Virus record (IMG/VR): IMGVR_UViG_3300044695_003767
DNA: 64,000 nt
Reading direction: 5' to 3' (one strand)
From: a virus
A program made the translations under genes and the position numbers. The stretch's first letter is position 1, and the number at the start of each line of letters is the position of its first letter. The notes under the pieces are model-generated. The model searched no databases. It was not told where the DNA came from and worked only from the letters and a program-made list of their open reading frames with translations. Positions 15,313 to 25,181 of the stretch are shown in pieces.

Positions 15313-15386
15313 CGGAATGTAGCTCAGTTTGGTAGAGCACTCGCTTTGGGAGCGAGAAGTCGCAGGTTCGAATCCTGTCATTCCGA
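15313..15386 (+). tRNA. tRNA-Pro(TGG)
   Basis: CTCGC-TTTGGGA-GCGAG; GGTTCGAATCC. Confidence 0.95.
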
Positions 15387-15410
15387 TGGCCAGTTACTTC
15401 ACTGGCACAC

Positions 15411-15439
15411 TTGACATACAAGTCTAAACCACTTATAAT
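15411..15439 (+). promoter_or_regulatory. Consensus sigma70 (early) promoter
   Basis: Perfect TTGACA-N17-TATAAT. Confidence 0.9.
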
Positions 15440-15461
15440 AACTAGGTCAACAAACAAAACA

Positions 15462-15677
15462 ATGTCTCTGATCCAAAAATTCAAGAAAGATGTTAGCACT
15501 CTTCGTTCTGCTGCTAACGGGGAATTCTACCTTGATGTAAAGAGTCCGAAACTTTATAAAAAGGTCCGTCGTTTTTATGAAAACGAAGGAGTAGTATTTT
15601 CTGGTGACCCCCTTGACGACTACGAAATGCTTATGGAGTATGTCGCTAGTGATCTTGAAACCGTTGAGGTTGCCTGA
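15462..15677 (+). CDS. Hypothetical protein
   Basis: ATG 15462 lies downstream of the promoter; LYKKVRRFYENEGVVFSGDPLDDY. Confidence 0.75.
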   Translation: MSLIQKFKKDVSTLRSAANGEFYLDVKSPKLYKKVRRFYENEGVVFSGDPLDDYEMLMEYVASDLETVEVA

Positions 15678-15940
15678 TGAAAGTGGTTAAAAAACCAACT
15701 GTTCTTCTTGAACGTTTTCCTTATCGATATGTTCAAGTTGGCATTCTTGAAATTAATGGTAACCCTGACTATCGTATTCAAAAAGTAGATTCCTACACTG
15801 GACGATATCGGGACATGTATCTTCTAGATAATGAAATGCAACTTATGACTGCTATGGAAGATCATAACTACACTTGCTGGTTAGATCCTGATACAGTTCC
15901 TGCTTATGTGAAAGAAGATGAAGACACGGATGGTCTATAA
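15677..15940 (+). CDS. Hypothetical protein
   Basis: TGATG overlap; 87 aa. Confidence 0.75.
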   Translation: MKVVKKPTVLLERFPYRYVQVGILEINGNPDYRIQKVDSYTGRYRDMYLLDNEMQLMTAMEDHNYTCWLDPDTVPAYVKEDEDTDGL

Positions 15941-15969
15941 CAGCACTGGTCGGTGATGAAATCCCCCTT

Positions 15970-16197
15970 ATGTCTAAAACAAGTGTCCTAAGATATCTTG
16001 GGAACCTTCTTCTCATAATTGGTTATCAAACTATGTTATGGGGAGATTTTAAATATGGTTTGATAATTAAAGTTATTGGAGGTCTTCTTACAGTTCCTTT
16101 TGCTATCAAACTTAAACTCTGGGATGTACTATTCTTATGTGCATTCTTTGGTATCTCCGAAATATCAAAGTTAACCCAACTTTTCTTGGTTTTCTAA
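15970..16197 (+). CDS. Small multi-TM membrane protein
   Basis: Three hydrophobic segments; sits between two RNA-motif segments. Confidence 0.65.
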   Translation: MSKTSVLRYLGNLLLIIGYQTMLWGDFKYGLIIKVIGGLLTVPFAIKLKLWDVLFLCAFFGISEISKLTQLFLVF

Positions 16198-16326
16198 AAC
16201 CAAGTGGTGGAGTCAAAATGACCCCTTATGAGTTTCTTGCTTCTCTCAAGAGCAAGTGGTGCGGATGGGGAATTCTTTCTCCGCCTGGTTTCCAATTTCC
16301 AGTTAAAGAATTGGTGGCGAGCCTGA
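16185..16326 (+). ncRNA. wcaG-type cyanophage RNA motif with extra tandem units (possibly manA-related)
   Basis: UGGYG at 16205, 16257 and 16315. Pseudoknots GAG/CTC + CTTGCT/AGCAAG and CTGG/CCAG + CCAATT/AATTGG. Directly upstream of gmd-fcl. Confidence 0.7.
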
Positions 16327-16335
16327 GTTACCAGA

Positions 16336-16362
16336 GGTGGGTTGCATAAACCCACCTTTTTT
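16336..16362 (+). terminator. Intrinsic terminator between the wcaG-type RNA and gmd
   Basis: AGGTGGGTT-GCATA-AACCCACCT-TTTTT. Confidence 0.75.
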
Positions 16363-16389
16363 AGTATAATGACTAAAAGTATTTTCTTT

Positions 16390-17391
16390 ATGAAGGTAGC
16401 ATTAATTACTGGTATTACAGGACAAGATGGATCATATCTTGCTGAATTCCTTTTACAAAAAGGATATGAAGTTCATGGTATTGTGAGAAGATCTTCTCTC
16501 ATTACTACTCATCGTATTGATCACATCTATGATGAAATACATCTTCATTATGGAGATCTGACAGATTCAACTAATTTAGTTCGTATTATTCAATTAGTTC
16601 AACCCGATGAAATTTATAATCTTGGTGCTCAAAGTCATGTTAAAGTATCCTTTGAGATGCCTGAATACACTGCTGATGTGGATGGTATGGGAACTCTTCG
16701 TGTTCTTGAAGCAGTGCGTCTCTTGGGTATGGAAGACCGTGTACGCATCTACCAAGCATCTACAAGCGAACTTTACGGTCTTGTTCAGGAAACTCCTCAG
16801 TCAGAAACAACTCCGTTCTATCCTCGTTCCCCTTATGGTTGTGCCAAACTTTATGGATATTGGATAACTAAAAACTATCGTGAAGCATATGGAATGTATG
16901 CTTGCACTGGGATTCTGTTTAATCACGAATCACCAAGACGCGGTGAAACATTTGTAACTCGTAAGATTACCCGTGGTCTTTCTAAGATCTCTGTAGGACT
17001 TCAAGATGTTCTTGAACTAGGTAATCTAAATGCAAAACGTGACTGGGGACACGCTAAAGACTTTGTTGAAGCAATGTGGTTGATGCTTCAACAAGATGAA
17101 CCAGATGACTTTGTGATTGCAACTGGTGTTCAGTATTCAGTAAAGCAGTTTGTAGAAGAAGCAGCACCTTACTTTGGGATTAAGATTTTATGGGAGGGTG
17201 ATGGTCTTGATGAAGTTGGTATTGATAGAAATACTGGTAGAACGATCATTAAAGTCAATCCTAAATATTTTCGACCTGCTGAAGTAGAGACTTTATTAGG
17301 TGATGCCACTAAGGCAAAGGAAAAACTAGGTTGGGAACCTAAGATTTCCTTTAAACAACTTGTTGAGGATATGTGCATTTATGGACAGTGA
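16390..17391 (+). CDS. gmd: GDP-mannose 4,6-dehydratase
   Basis: [58 protein letters not shown]. Confidence 0.97.
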   Translation: MKVALITGITGQDGSYLAEFLLQKGYEVHGIVRRSSLITTHRIDHIYDEIHLHYGDLTDSTNLVRIIQLVQPDEIYNLGAQSHVKVSFEMPEYTADVDGMGTLRVLEAVRLLGMEDRVRIYQASTSELYGLVQETPQSETTPFYPRSPYGCAKLYGYWITKNYREAYGMYACTGILFNHESPRRGETFVTRKITRGLSKISVGLQDVLELGNLNAKRDWGHAKDFVEAMWLMLQQDEPDDFVIATGVQYSVKQFVEEAAPYFGIKILWEGDGLDEVGIDRNTGRTIIKVNPKYFRPAEVETLLGDATKAKEKLGWEPKISFKQLVEDMCIYGQ

Positions 17392-18334
17392 TTCTAGAGT
17401 ATTAGTTGCTGGTGCCAACGGAATGGTTGGATCGGCAATTGTTAGAAACCTTGAAAGTAAAGGTTATACTAATATCATCAAAGGAACTCGTGATGATGTA
17501 GATTTCACGAATCAAGATGAAACCGAAAGGTATTTTTGCTCAGAAGAACCAGAGTACGTGTTTGTTGCTGCTGCTAAAGTTGGTGGTATTATGGCAAACA
17601 ACAACTATAAGGCAGACTTTCTGACTGAGAATCTCCAAATTCAAACCAATCTGATTCAGCAGTCTTACAACTTTGGTGTCAAGAAACTTCTATTTCTTGG
17701 TTCATCCTGCATTTATCCTAAGTTTGCAACTCAACCTATTACCGAAGATCAGTTGATGACTGGTGCTCTGGAGCCAACTAATGATGCTTATGCGATTGCA
17801 AAGATTGCTGGTATTATGATGTGCCAGGCATATCGCCAGCAGCACGGGTTTAATGCCATCTCTCTGATGCCTACGAACCTTTATGGTCCCAATGACAATT
17901 TTGATTTGGAGACATCTCACGTTCTTCCTGCGATGATTGCTAAGTTTCATTATATGAAGGAGAATGGATATACAATTGATATGGGTGGACCTTGGTATGG
18001 TACTGTGAAACTCTGGGGTGATGGTTCTGCTATGAGAGAGTTTCTGCACGTTGATGATCTTGCAGAAGCGTGTTATGTTTGTATGCAGAACTATGATGGA
18101 GCAGAGCACATTAATGTTGGAACTGGTGAGGACGTAACAATTAAAGAACTCGCACACACAATTTCTGATGTTGTTCATTTTCCTGGAGACATTGAGTGGG
18201 ACATTACAAAACCAAATGGCACTCCCCGTAAAGTTTTGAACGTGGATAAGATCAAGGCACTTGGATGGAAACCAAAAATTGGTCTCCGTGAAGGTATTGA
18301 AAAAACTTATAATTGGTATAGGAATAATCTATGA
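17381..18334 (+). CDS. fcl: GDP-L-fucose synthase (WcaG)
   Basis: [51 protein letters not shown]. Confidence 0.95.
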   Translation: MDSDSRVLVAGANGMVGSAIVRNLESKGYTNIIKGTRDDVDFTNQDETERYFCSEEPEYVFVAAAKVGGIMANNNYKADFLTENLQIQTNLIQQSYNFGVKKLLFLGSSCIYPKFATQPITEDQLMTGALEPTNDAYAIAKIAGIMMCQAYRQQHGFNAISLMPTNLYGPNDNFDLETSHVLPAMIAKFHYMKENGYTIDMGGPWYGTVKLWGDGSAMREFLHVDDLAEACYVCMQNYDGAEHINVGTGEDVTIKELAHTISDVVHFPGDIEWDITKPNGTPRKVLNVDKIKALGWKPKIGLREGIEKTYNWYRNNL

Positions 18335-19002
18335 AATTTCTAACTTTTTTAAACTCTGGATGTCTTGATATTTGTCTGAATATGTTGAAGTCTGCTGAAA
18401 AAGTAGGCATTAATATGGATGACTTTATGATTGCTTGTATGGATGGGGAGGTTTATAACTCCCTTTCTAACAATGAATATAAGGGTGCCTTTCTTTATAT
18501 GAATCAACAACTGAAAGAATATCAAGACTGGACTTTTAATCAAAACAGTGGATTTAGAAATATCGTAAGACATAAGTGGAAGATTATTGATCAGGTTCAT
18601 AAAGAACATCCTAATCTGATGTGGGTTGATACTGATATTGTTTTTAAGCAAAATCCTGTTGAGATTCTTACAGGGCACGAAGAGGTATTGTTTCAGACTG
18701 ATGCTCCTGGTTCCACAATCTGTACCGGGTTTATGGTCTTTAATGAAACTCCAGAGTGCCGTCAATTGGTTGCAGAATGTGGTGCAGATGAAACAGATGA
18801 TGATCAATTGATTATGAATAGAATTGCATTAAGTAAATACAATGATCATATCGCACTTTTATCAGAAGATTTATTTCCAAATGGTAATGTCTATTATCAA
18901 CAGGGTAAAAAAGAAAATGCAATGATTGTTCATAATAATTGGATGGTTGGAGTCGAAACTAAGATTAATAAGTTTAAGGAGGAAGGACTGTGGCACTTAT
19001 AA
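18331..19002 (+). CDS. Nucleotide-diphospho-sugar transferase (GT77-like, GT-A)
   Basis: WVDTDIVF (DxD), CTGF, DDQLIMN, LFPNG, VHNNW...K. Confidence 0.8.
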   Translation: MKFLTFLNSGCLDICLNMLKSAEKVGINMDDFMIACMDGEVYNSLSNNEYKGAFLYMNQQLKEYQDWTFNQNSGFRNIVRHKWKIIDQVHKEHPNLMWVDTDIVFKQNPVEILTGHEEVLFQTDAPGSTICTGFMVFNETPECRQLVAECGADETDDDQLIMNRIALSKYNDHIALLSEDLFPNGNVYYQQGKKENAMIVHNNWMVGVETKINKFKEEGLWHL

Positions 19003-19853
19003 AAAATGATGGATTGAGACCTAAACCAATATCACCAACTTATCCACCATATCATAATGGAGAGTATCTTGAAGAGTATTTCTTTAAGAGGTGGAATGAA
19101 GAAAGTGTTAAAACTGATAGGGAATATATTGATATTTTTTGGACAAATAATTTTTGCAATTCTATGTTTGCTGGATTGCAGTATCCAAATATTCAAGAAG
19201 AAATTGATAATAACTTAAATCCTAATGGAAAGTATTTTACAGTATCGCAATTTGATGACGGACCTTTTGAAAAATTTCCTGAAGATACATTAATTTTTTC
19301 TGCTGGTGGTAATCGTGAAGGTGAGAATATTGTCCCTATACCATTGATTTGTAGTTCTATTCCTAAAGATTTAATACCTAATAAAGAGAAAACTATTTTT
19401 GCATCTTTTGTTGGTTCCAGAAATACACATCCTATTCGTATGGATATGTGCAATCATTTGTCGGAAAAAGATGGATATGAAATTTCTGCAGGAAACTGGT
19501 CTACGACAGTTCCTATAGATAACTTTAAAAGATTTATTGATATTACTTGTGCCAGTAAATTTGGACTTGCACCAAGGGGATATGGTAAGAGTAGTTTTAG
19601 ACTTTATGAAATTCTTCAATTGGGAACTGTTCCAGTTTACATATCGGATATTCATTATCTACCTTGGATGGATGAATTGGATTGGAATGATTTTTGTGTT
19701 CCCATTAATGAAGATGAAATAGATCAAATTGATGATATACTTAAATCAATTTCTGATGTAGAATATAATAAACTCCTTGAGAATGGTAAAAAAATTTATA
19801 GCAAATATTTTTCCCTTGAAGGAATGTTCCAAAACATTATCAAAAGAATTTAA
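18990..19853 (+). CDS. Exostosin-like glycosyltransferase (GT47)
   Basis: FASFVGS, SKFGLAPRGYGKSSFRLYEILQLGTVPVYISD, LPW. Confidence 0.85.
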   Translation: MALIKNDGLRPKPISPTYPPYHNGEYLEEYFFKRWNEESVKTDREYIDIFWTNNFCNSMFAGLQYPNIQEEIDNNLNPNGKYFTVSQFDDGPFEKFPEDTLIFSAGGNREGENIVPIPLICSSIPKDLIPNKEKTIFASFVGSRNTHPIRMDMCNHLSEKDGYEISAGNWSTTVPIDNFKRFIDITCASKFGLAPRGYGKSSFRLYEILQLGTVPVYISDIHYLPWMDELDWNDFCVPINEDEIDQIDDILKSISDVEYNKLLENGKKIYSKYFSLEGMFQNIIKRI

Positions 19854-19868
19854 AACCTGTAAAAAATT

Positions 19869-20630
19869 ATGACAACATATTACGACAAATTAAAAGAATT
19901 ACTTACACCATATGATCTTGGATTTACCAAGATGAGAATAGGACCTCCTTGTGATGGTGGATATGTGATTTATCAGGAACCTTTGTTAAAAACTAATAGT
20001 GTTTATTCTCTCGGAATAGGTCCAGTTTGTGGTTCTGATTTTCAATTAGCCCAAATGGGAAAGATTGTTCATATGTATGATGCAGAACCATTTGCACATA
20101 ATAATCATCCAAATTATCGATTCAAGCAAATTTATGTGACTTCAGAAGTTATCGATAATGAACTTGAATCTATCGATGATAATAATCTTCTTATGTGTAT
20201 GGATATAGAAGGTGGTGAATATGAAATTTTGTCTAATATGAAAGAAGAAAACCTTTTAAAGTTTTCTCAGATTTCTATTGAGATTCACTGGATTGGTGGT
20301 GAAAATCGTATTGTGGAAGGAGTACCTCAGAATGGTGGTAGGGCACTTAATGATAATGGTGAGTCCGTCATTAGAATGTTTGAAAAATTAAATAAACATT
20401 TCTATCTGTATCATATTCACGTTAATAATGGTGCCAACCCATTTGAAGATTTTCCTGATGTAATTGAATGTTCTTATCTAAGAAAAGATATGTGTATTCA
20501 TACTGATAAGGGAAATTATGTTACTATACATAAGGAGACTAAACCATATCCTTTAGTTGGGTTGGATTATCCAAATTACACAGGTCCAAGTAATTTGGCA
20601 GTAAATGATAAACTTGATTGGTGGTTATGA
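19869..20630 (+). CDS. FkbM-like SAM-dependent (sugar O-)methyltransferase
   Basis: RIGPPCDGGY, VYSLGIG, MCMDIEGGEY, QISIEIH, HIHVNN. Confidence 0.7.
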   Translation: MTTYYDKLKELLTPYDLGFTKMRIGPPCDGGYVIYQEPLLKTNSVYSLGIGPVCGSDFQLAQMGKIVHMYDAEPFAHNNHPNYRFKQIYVTSEVIDNELESIDDNNLLMCMDIEGGEYEILSNMKEENLLKFSQISIEIHWIGGENRIVEGVPQNGGRALNDNGESVIRMFEKLNKHFYLYHIHVNNGANPFEDFPDVIECSYLRKDMCIHTDKGNYVTIHKETKPYPLVGLDYPNYTGPSNLAVNDKLDWWL

Positions 20631-22009
20631 TACCTAAAAATATATTTCAGTCTTGGATAACTAAAGATCTTCATCCAGAAATACAAAAAAAGGTTAATTT
20701 AACAAAACAGTTAAATCCTGAATACAATTATCAACTTTATACTGATTCAGAAATTGATGAATTTGTAAATACTTTTTATCCAGGAGAAGTATCGGAATGT
20801 TTTAATAGATTAAATGTTCCTGTAGCAAAGGTTGATTTTTGGAGATATCTGGTTCTTTACAAATATGGTGGAATATATGTTGACTTGGATTCATCTATCA
20901 ATACTTCATTAGATAGTTTTATAAAGGAAGATGATACTGCTATTATTACAGCAGAAACTAATCCAAATACTTTCGTTCAATGGGCTTTGATATTTGATAA
21001 AGAACATCCAATTCTAAACAAAGTTATTGAATTGGTTCTTGATAATATTCAACATAATTCATATCCAAATGATATATTAAGAATGACCGGACCTCAGGTT
21101 TATTCTAGAGCAATAATGGATGTTCACTTTGATTTGTTTAATGAAAGGTTGGATTTTGAAAGTATAGATCAAAAAACTGATACTACTTTTTCTAAAAATT
21201 CTGTTTCTTATAGAATTTATGGAGTTGACTATAATGAAAACTTTACTTTTAAATTTCCAGAAAGTACATACCTCTATATTGAAAAGGAACCTTGGAGAGA
21301 TGAATTAAAGAAAAAAGAATTGCTATGCCCAAAGTTAAATGTTGATAACATTTATATCTGTCATTACAACAAATTAAAAGAGAGAAAACAATCTCTTTTA
21401 GATCAATTCAAAGAGGAAAGAATTTACACATATCAGTTTGTAGAAAATTTTGATAAAAATGAATGGGTGATATCTGAAATAGAAAAAGAATATCCAAGAG
21501 TGTTTAGTGAATGGAAAAAAGGAATCGATTCTTATGATGATAATGCTCAGAATTCTGAAAGATCATTAGCATTAAAACACGCATCTATACTGAAGGATAT
21601 TTTTAAAAAACAATATGAGACTTCATTGATATTGGAAGATGACGTTACTTTATGTGATAATTTTGTAGAATATTGCAATCTTTTTATGGAGCAACTTCCT
21701 AAAGATTGGGATATTGCTTGGGTTGGTTCTTGTTTAAATTTGCACGAACCAGAAGTTGATGGTAAGTATGTATATAAAACAAATAGAGGTTCTAGATGCA
21801 CTCACGCTTTTTTGGTTAGTAAATCTATGGTGAATAAAGTAATAGATTATATTTCTGATATTAATTTACCATCTGATCATTTTTATAATTATCTGATCAA
21901 GGAATTCAATCTAAATAATTATTGGTTCGAACCATCATTAGCCATACAAAGCTTAGATTTTCGTTCTGCTATTTCCGGTAATTATTGGAACCAAAGTAAT
22001 ATCAATTGA
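20627..22009 (+). CDS. Fused glycosyltransferase: GT32 (Och1-like) N-half + GT25-like C-half
   Basis: IPKNIFQSW...DFWRYLVLYKYGGIYVDLD...TGP, then IYICH...ERK...SLALKH...LILEDD...CTHAFLVS. Confidence 0.85.
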   Translation: MIPKNIFQSWITKDLHPEIQKKVNLTKQLNPEYNYQLYTDSEIDEFVNTFYPGEVSECFNRLNVPVAKVDFWRYLVLYKYGGIYVDLDSSINTSLDSFIKEDDTAIITAETNPNTFVQWALIFDKEHPILNKVIELVLDNIQHNSYPNDILRMTGPQVYSRAIMDVHFDLFNERLDFESIDQKTDTTFSKNSVSYRIYGVDYNENFTFKFPESTYLYIEKEPWRDELKKKELLCPKLNVDNIYICHYNKLKERKQSLLDQFKEERIYTYQFVENFDKNEWVISEIEKEYPRVFSEWKKGIDSYDDNAQNSERSLALKHASILKDIFKKQYETSLILEDDVTLCDNFVEYCNLFMEQLPKDWDIAWVGSCLNLHEPEVDGKYVYKTNRGSRCTHAFLVSKSMVNKVIDYISDINLPSDHFYNYLIKEFNLNNYWFEPSLAIQSLDFRSAISGNYWNQSNIN

Positions 22010-22018
22010 TTTTTAATT

Positions 22019-22864
22019 ATGAAAGTATGCTTCTCTGATTTTTGGACACCTTTTGATCCAAATAATAATTTTTTCATTCACACTTTAAGAGAATTATTTG
22101 AAGATATTCAAATAGTAAATCCAGAAGACGCTGATGTAATGTTTTTCAGTGTCTTTGGGAATGAAAATAAATTGTATAAAAATTGTAAAAAAATATTTTT
22201 TACTGGAGAAAATATAAGACCAAATTTTAAAACGTGTGATTATTCCTTAACTTTTGATTTTGAAAGTTATGATGGTAAAAATTTTAGACTGCCTCTTTGG
22301 TATTTTTATATTGACTGGTTTAAAGTAAAAACCTATGATAATCCTCAATGGTTAATTCCTGAGGATTATCTTTACGGTAAAAATGAATATTCACTAAAAG
22401 AAAAAAATAAGTTTTGTTCTATTGTTTATGGGAAACAAGTTGATTCTAGAATCAATGCAATTCAAAATATTTCCAGATATAAAGAAGTAGATATTTTTGG
22501 AAAAGCAAATCCAAATTATAATTTGCCAGATGGAGAAAAATATAAATTAGATTTGATTTCAAATTATAAGTTTTCTCTTTGTTATGAAAATTCTATAACT
22601 CCGGGATACCATACTGAAAAACTTTTACACGGAAAAGTTGCTGGAAATATTCCAATTTACTATGGTGATAGTACAATCAAAGATGATTTTAATGCCGATT
22701 GCTTTATAAATGCAGCAGAATTATCCGATGATGAGTTGGTTGAATTGATCAAGCAAATAGATTCGGATGAAAATTTATATAAAAAAATCTTTGATGAACC
22801 AATATTTAAACAAAAAATATCATTAGAACCAGTTATAAAATTTTTTAATGAGGTATGTAAATGA
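22019..22864 (+). CDS. Alpha-1,3/4-fucosyltransferase (GT10)
   Basis: KIFFTGEN, YKFSLCYENSITPGYHTEK, IPIYYG. Confidence 0.9.
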   Translation: MKVCFSDFWTPFDPNNNFFIHTLRELFEDIQIVNPEDADVMFFSVFGNENKLYKNCKKIFFTGENIRPNFKTCDYSLTFDFESYDGKNFRLPLWYFYIDWFKVKTYDNPQWLIPEDYLYGKNEYSLKEKNKFCSIVYGKQVDSRINAIQNISRYKEVDIFGKANPNYNLPDGEKYKLDLISNYKFSLCYENSITPGYHTEKLLHGKVAGNIPIYYGDSTIKDDFNADCFINAAELSDDELVELIKQIDSDENLYKKIFDEPIFKQKISLEPVIKFFNEVCK

Positions 22865-23589
22865 ATTTACATCTAATCTCATTTGCTTCTCCAGAAGAAA
22901 AGTACTCTTTTACGATGAATAGGTTTTATAATGAAGCAGTAAATATGGAAGTATTTAAATCCATTAATTTATTCTCTGAAAAAAATTGTTTCGAATACTG
23001 TGAAGAATTATTAGAACATAAACATTTTATGGAGTCCACAAAAGCATATGGTTTTTGGATTTGGAAAATGTTTTTAATATCTGAGTTGATGAAATCAATA
23101 CCAGAAAATGATGTTATTTGTTACGCTGATGTTGGGTGTACTTTTAATAGAGATGGAAGAGAAAGAATGTGTGAATATTATTCCTCTGTGATGGAAAGGG
23201 GTTCATTATGTTTTGATATTTTTCATCCAGAAAAAGAATATACAAAATTTGATACTTACTTTAGAATATTTCCATACGATAAAAGTTATTTTGATAGTGG
23301 ACAAAGATGTGCAACAACTTACTTTTTAAAAAATAACGAAACAAATAGAAAAATTGTAGATGAATTTAAATCAATAAGTGTAGAAAATAATTATCATTAT
23401 ATTGATGACTCCCAATCTTTAATACCAAATTGCAAAACTTTTAGAGGAGAACATAGATTTGATCAATCTATCTTTTCATTATTGAGTAAAAAATATAGTT
23501 TTTACTGCATACCTGATGAAACTTATTGGCATCCAAATTGGGCAGTAAATGGAAAAAAATATCCCATATGGGCAACAAGAATAAAATAG
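22861..23589 (+). CDS. Putative GT-A glycosyltransferase
   Basis: YGFWIWK, YADVG (DxG), EHRFDQSIFSLL. Confidence 0.65.
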   Translation: MNLHLISFASPEEKYSFTMNRFYNEAVNMEVFKSINLFSEKNCFEYCEELLEHKHFMESTKAYGFWIWKMFLISELMKSIPENDVICYADVGCTFNRDGRERMCEYYSSVMERGSLCFDIFHPEKEYTKFDTYFRIFPYDKSYFDSGQRCATTYFLKNNETNRKIVDEFKSISVENNYHYIDDSQSLIPNCKTFRGEHRFDQSIFSLLSKKYSFYCIPDETYWHPNWAVNGKKYPIWATRIK

Positions 23590-23599
23590 GATTAATATT

Positions 23600-24388
23600 A
23601 TGATTTATGTAACTGGTTCTAATGGGTTAATTGGAAAAAGATTTTTGGAATTATTTGATGGTCCAATTACCAAAGTTTCTTATAGAGACAATCCTCAAGA
23701 TGTTTTTGAATCTCATAAAAACTCTTGTTTAATTCATTTTGCTTGGAGTTCCAATACAAGGAATACATATGAAGAGTTTGAAAAATTTGTAAAAAGTGAT
23801 GTAATTAACAGTAAAAAAATATTTGATTTTTATTCTAAAAAGAATCCAAATGGAAAAATAATTTTCATTTCGAGTGCTGGTGGACTTTATACTGATTATG
23901 AAAGAACCGTTGATGAAAATACAAAAGTAAATTCAAAGACTCTTTATGGTGATCTTAAATTACAAGTTGAAAGTATCCTAAAAACTATTGATTGCAATAG
24001 TATTGTGTTGAGAGTTTCTAATGTATGGGGTGGAAAAATAGTATCTTCGGATAGAATTAACGGATTGATTGATAAACTTTTTAATATACTTAATACTGAA
24101 AATACAATTGAACTGTATACAAATTTAGATACTAGAATTGATATAATACACGTTGATGATCTCATCAATTTAATTCAGAAATGTATAGAAACAGATTTAT
24201 ACATTAAACACGATATGTTTGTTGTTGGATCCCAAAGTTTGACGATTAAAGAAATTTTAGATAAAATTACTTCTGCTGGATATTTAAATATTAAATTGAG
24301 TAGGAAAGAATCTAAGTCTTATTTGCACGTAGAAAATAGTAGGGTATCAACGACATTTGATTGGAAACCTAAGTACAAATTGATATGA
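23600..24388 (+). CDS. NAD-dependent epimerase/reductase (extended SDR)
   Basis: TGSNGLIG, ISSAG, YGDLK, LRVSNVWG, IHVDDL. Confidence 0.85.
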   Translation: MIYVTGSNGLIGKRFLELFDGPITKVSYRDNPQDVFESHKNSCLIHFAWSSNTRNTYEEFEKFVKSDVINSKKIFDFYSKKNPNGKIIFISSAGGLYTDYERTVDENTKVNSKTLYGDLKLQVESILKTIDCNSIVLRVSNVWGGKIVSSDRINGLIDKLFNILNTENTIELYTNLDTRIDIIHVDDLINLIQKCIETDLYIKHDMFVVGSQSLTIKEILDKITSAGYLNIKLSRKESKSYLHVENSRVSTTFDWKPKYKLI

Positions 24389-25179
24389 AAGTAGCTCTTT
24401 TAGTTTGCGGTCAGATGAGAACATTTGACCATCCAAAAGTAATAAATTATTTAAATCAATTCATTCAAAAATTTAATTGTGATGTTTTTTTATCAACTTG
24501 GAATAATAGAGGAGTTTCTGTTTGGAGTGAACACGCATTAAAAAACCAATTAGAAATTCAAGAAAAAGAAAAAAATAAAATTATTACAAGTAATGATATT
24601 GAATTAATCAAAAATATTAAAAAATTTAAAATAGAAGACTATGAAGATTTTTTAATAAATCAATGTGATTTTGAAATGAGTTCTTTATTAACTCAATCTT
24701 CTGATAATTTATATTTCTCAAAAGCAACGAGTATTCCATCACTGTATAAACTGTATTCTTCTTTTCAATTACTGGAAGAGTATGTAAATGAAAAACAAAT
24801 TAAATATGATATAATTATAAAAACAAGACCAGATTTTCTACACGTCCATACTGATGTGGAAAAATATTTTGAAAGATCTAATGATACTCTTTTTCATATT
24901 AATACGGGAATAACATATTGTCCTGATAGAGTTTATGAAATGTTCTTATTATCTTCACCAAAAATTATGAAAACAGTTTGTGAGTCTTGGTTAAACTATA
25001 AAGAATTATTGGAAACCAATTACTCATTGCATATGTCTAAATTTGATGCCTGTAGGTTAGTATATTCTCAGTGCATATTAAATAATATTAAAATTGAGTC
25101 ATTTGATAAAGTTCTTGGTGATGTCTTAAGAGTTGAAAATTATGATGATTATCAGTCGTTTGAAAACTTATTTTTGTAA
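24385..25179 (+). CDS. Putative glycosyltransferase of unassigned family (paralog 1)
   Basis: MKVALLVCGQMR...DVFLSTW...YDIIIKTRPD. Confidence 0.6.
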   Translation: MKVALLVCGQMRTFDHPKVINYLNQFIQKFNCDVFLSTWNNRGVSVWSEHALKNQLEIQEKEKNKIITSNDIELIKNIKKFKIEDYEDFLINQCDFEMSSLLTQSSDNLYFSKATSIPSLYKLYSSFQLLEEYVNEKQIKYDIIIKTRPDFLHVHTDVEKYFERSNDTLFHINTGITYCPDRVYEMFLLSSPKIMKTVCESWLNYKELLETNYSLHMSKFDACRLVYSQCILNNIKIESFDKVLGDVLRVENYDDYQSFENLFL

Positions 25180-25181
25180 AT

